Assembly: GCA_963812605.1 (NCBI GenBank)
Contig: CAWEWF010000001.1
Location: 32,001 to 96,000, forward strand
Length of the DNA stretch: 64,000 nucleotides
Origin: an uncultured Verrucomicrobiae bacterium
GTDB taxonomy: Bacteria; Verrucomicrobiota; Verrucomicrobiia; Palsa-1439
Direction: 5' to 3'
Below, piece after piece: positions 61,006 through 64,000 of this stretch. The notes under the pieces are model-generated. The model made no database searches, was not told where the DNA came from, and saw nothing but the letters and a program-made list of their open reading frames with translations. Both the position numbers and the translations under genes were made by a program. How positions within the stretch are numbered: the first letter of the stretch is position 1; each line of letters opens with the position of its first letter.

Positions 61006-63440
61006 TTACGGCACAGGTTCAATGGTGACGAAGCCAGTCTGATTTGTGCCGGGGAAGAATCCCGCTGCCGAATTGGTGGTCTGCACGAGCAGGCCGGTGA
61101 GCTTGGTGGTTTTGCCAACCGCTGGATTCAGGAAACTGCCGCTGAGTTGTCCGGTGGTGGGGTTGATTTTTAATGTCAACTTGTCACTGCCGACGGGTGA
61201 CACGGTGACGCTGCCACTCGCGGCGATGACCACGCTCTTGACGAGATTGCTTTGCAGGTTCCCGCCGCCCAGCGTCAACTGTTCGCTCGCCGCGATCGAT
61301 GGGCCGCCGTTCTTCGGCGAGACATACAGCGCGCCCGTTAAACCCGGCGAAGTCGTAAACCCGCCAGGATAATCGTGGTCCGTCGGCACCGCGGGCTTGA
61401 ACCAGTTCGCGGTCGCTGTGAGCAGGTGATTGGTGTCAATCGTCACCGCAGCGATAATGGAACCCTGGTTCTTGTAGAGGGAAACGTAAAGCGGCCAGGT
61501 GCCATCGGCCGAGACCGGCGCGGTCGCGCTCATCTTGGTGCCGTCGCCGAGAACGCCCCGCATTTGCCCGCTGCCGGTTGTCGAGACGGCCAGGGTCCCG
61601 TAGCCATATCCCTGCGGAACAGTCGGATCGGTATCATCGACTGGTTCCAGGATAAACGTGTAACTCCCCGCCCACGGGGATGGATTGACGCTACTGAAAA
61701 CCGCGAGGTTGGCCAGGATATCCGCCGTGAAGACGCCATCGGACACCGTCCCCACGATCTGGTCGGTCCCGTTGGTGATGTCCAGCAGTTGCAGGATGAC
61801 CTGCAGCGAACTCAGGCCCTTCCGCGCCACGGTGTTGGTCGTATTGCCGGAGGCATCAAAAGCTCCCTTGAAGTTGGCGCGCACTCCGCCCACCGTCAGG
61901 CGCGCGGTAAACGATCCCGTCTTGGCGACGGCGACGCTGATAAAACCCGAACTGGCATTCGATGGCGAACTGGACTCTTCGACGAGTCCCGCGTACGTCC
62001 CCAACAGGAAGCGCCCCAACACTTCCGATTGCTGGTCGACCGTGAAGGTCTTGCCCTCGACCGAGATCGTTCCCATGCGCGCGGTGCCGTTGGTATTGGC
62101 GGTCACTGAAAAGGAAATCGTCCCGCTGCCGAAACCGCTGTTGGTGGAAGTGATCGTGATCCAATCCACCGAACTGATGGCCGTCCAGGGGCAGTTGGTG
62201 ATATCGGCGGTGACGGTGAATGTGCCCGTCTCGACGAGGGCCGGAAGCGTCACGTGGTTTATCGAGAGCGTGTACGTGCACGGCTGTAGCAGCGCAAAGA
62301 CAGTTCCATCGCCGGTGCTGCCGCCGGCGTCCGTTGTCCCGTAAAAATTGCTGACACTGCCCTGGACGAGACTGGCGGCAGGAGTGGCGCCATCCGAGAC
62401 CGCTGAAGCTGTGCAACGTCGTCAGCCCGCCGGCCGGCGTGATCTTGAAGACCGTGCCCATGCCGCCCGCTCCGTCCGCCGAGGTCGTGCCGTACAGATT
62501 GCCGTCACTGCCCACAATCAGGCCGGCGTCGGGAAATCCGCCGTCATTACCTCCCGTGAAATTATAGATCGGCGTCAACCCGCCGCTCGCGCCAATCCGG
62601 AACACCGTGCCCGTGCCGTTCCCTCCGCCAAACGCCGTTCCGTAAAAACGATTGTTATCGCCAAGGACCAGCCCTCCCACCGGGTTGGCCCCGTCTGTAC
62701 CGCCGGTAAAATCATATAACTTCGTGAGGGTGCCCGACGGGGTGATGGTGAACACCGTGCCCAAACCGTTCGCGCCGCCCCCAAAAGTCGTTCCGTAAAA
62801 ATTGCCGTTGGTGCCCGGAACCAGGCCCGCCACGGGCTGGCTGCCATCCGCTGTGCCGCTAAACTGCCAGATCGGCGTCAGCGTTCCCGCCGGGGTCATC
62901 TTGAACACCACGCCCAGCCCATTCGTCCCGCCCGGCGAAAGCCGTCCCGTAAAAATTCGTATCGGCGCCCTGGACGAGTGCGCCACGCGGTTGCGCGCCA
63001 TCAGCAGTGCCGCTGAACCGATACAACGTCGTCAACGTCCCCAACGAATTGATCGTGAACACCGTGCCCACACCGGGTGTCAACAATCCCCCGGCCGAAG
63101 TTGTCCCGTAAAAATTGCCGTCAATTCCCTGGACGAGCGCCGCCTGCGGCTGGGCGCCGTCCAACGCACCCTCCACGTTATCGGCGAAGCTATGGAGCGT
63201 TGTCAGGGTTCCTTCGGCGGTGAGGGCGAACACGGTGCCCAATTCGTGCAATCCCCCGGCAAAGGTCGTCCCGTAGAAATTGCCATCCGTGCCCTGAATG
63301 AGCGCCGCCTGCGGCTGTCCCCCATCAGTCCCACCGAGGAAATTGCGCAACGTCGTGAGCGTGGCCGCGGTTGCCCGTTCCGGGCGACCAGCAAAAACCA
63401 TCAGGGTAATTAATAGAAAGAAAAAGCTGAGTTTTTTCAA
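61006..63440 (-). CDS. Secreted GloVer (Gloeo_Verruco) repeat beta-propeller + BACON domain protein; frameshifts near 62935 and 62395
   Basis: About 7 repeats 'DG..P.A.L.QG.DGNFYGTT..GG....GTVF..T..G.LTTL'; BACON 'CPWTAISSVDWITI..GSGTISFSVTANT...RMGTI'; GAGGAGG SD before TTG 63440. Confidence 0.85.
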
Positions 63441-63619
63441 AGAGAATCCTCCTCGTTTCAGCATCCCGGTGATGAACGCTATCACCCGCGCAAAATACCG
63501 TTCTTCCAAGCGGTAAGCAAGCTCTTGCCCATGCCGGCACCGGCCCCGGCAAATCGCGCTGGAAACCAAAACAAAAGTGTGACAATTTCCGATGGATCGC
63601 TCGTTGGCCAGGAGAGACT

Positions 63620-64000
63620 ATGACAACTACCGCCGCGCCGGAGACTTCCTCGGAGAAACAGAATCCACCCCCGGAGAACAAGAACCCACCGCCGAAAAAT
63701 TCCCGACGCCATCTGCCTGTCATGGTCATCGCTCTGGTCGCCTTCGTCATTGTCGCCGGAGTGGCCCTTTTCTACTTCTTCTTCGTGGCGCCGTACGAGT
63801 CCACGGACGACGCGTTCATCGACGGACACTCCGTTGCCATCGCCCCGCAGGTGCCGGGGCGCGTGGCGCGATTGCTGGTCAACGATAACCAGGACGTCAA
63901 GAAGGGCGAGTTGCTGGTCGAGATCGACCCGCGCGACTACGAGACGAGACTGGCGCAGGCCCGCGCCAACCTGGCGGCCGCGCATAGCCGGCTCGAACAG
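63620..64000 (+). CDS. HlyD/EmrA family efflux membrane fusion protein, 5' part (runs off window)
   Basis: MTTTAAPE...TM...YESTDDAFIDGH..IAPQVPGRV..LVNDNQDVKKGELLVEIDPRDY; not in the ORF track. Confidence 0.9.
   Translation, partial: MTTTAAPETSSEKQNPPPENKNPPPKNSRRHLPVMVIALVAFVIVAGVALFYFFFVAPYESTDDAFIDGHSVAIAPQVPGRVARLLVNDNQDVKKGELLVEIDPRDYETRLAQARANLAAAHSRLEQ

Overview
A GC-rich bacterial chromosomal window, most likely Verrucomicrobiota (GloVer-repeat beta-propeller, many secreted proteins ending in 'S.DL..W...FYR' domains). Single-base indels break many genes, including pgk, which points to an unpolished long-read consensus rather than real pseudogenes. In order, it holds: a partial YajD-type HNH gene, CYTH, EamA and a sigma70 factor; secreted hypotheticals; an aldo/keto reductase bracketed by a 22-bp direct repeat; a Tat-exported PaoABC-like molybdoenzyme operon with two extra Cys-rich genes; a MoxR-DUF58-BatA-E operon; transaldolase; a lower-GC island with a 1278-aa secreted protein ending in a caspase/CHAT-like (clan CD) protease domain plus two membrane genes; pgk-tpiA-secG; an M3 peptidase with oppABCDF; a long minus-strand metal-uptake operon (CxxC/His-rich RAPP-motif uORF, TonB-dependent receptor, TonB-ExbBD, coiled-coil protein, Zrg-like ABC, DUF3299, MerC, amidase); lipid kinase-GDH-acyl-CoA synthetase/GNAT; asmA, rsmD, TPR and pyk; an intergenic array of TTGTAG-led hairpins; an MmeI/YeeA-like RM gene; a GloVer/BACON protein; and a partial EmrA. 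The best candidates for new biology are the RAPP-uORF-controlled metal operon, the secreted caspase-like protease locus and the variable-hairpin array. All family calls come from motif recognition by eye; no searches were run.
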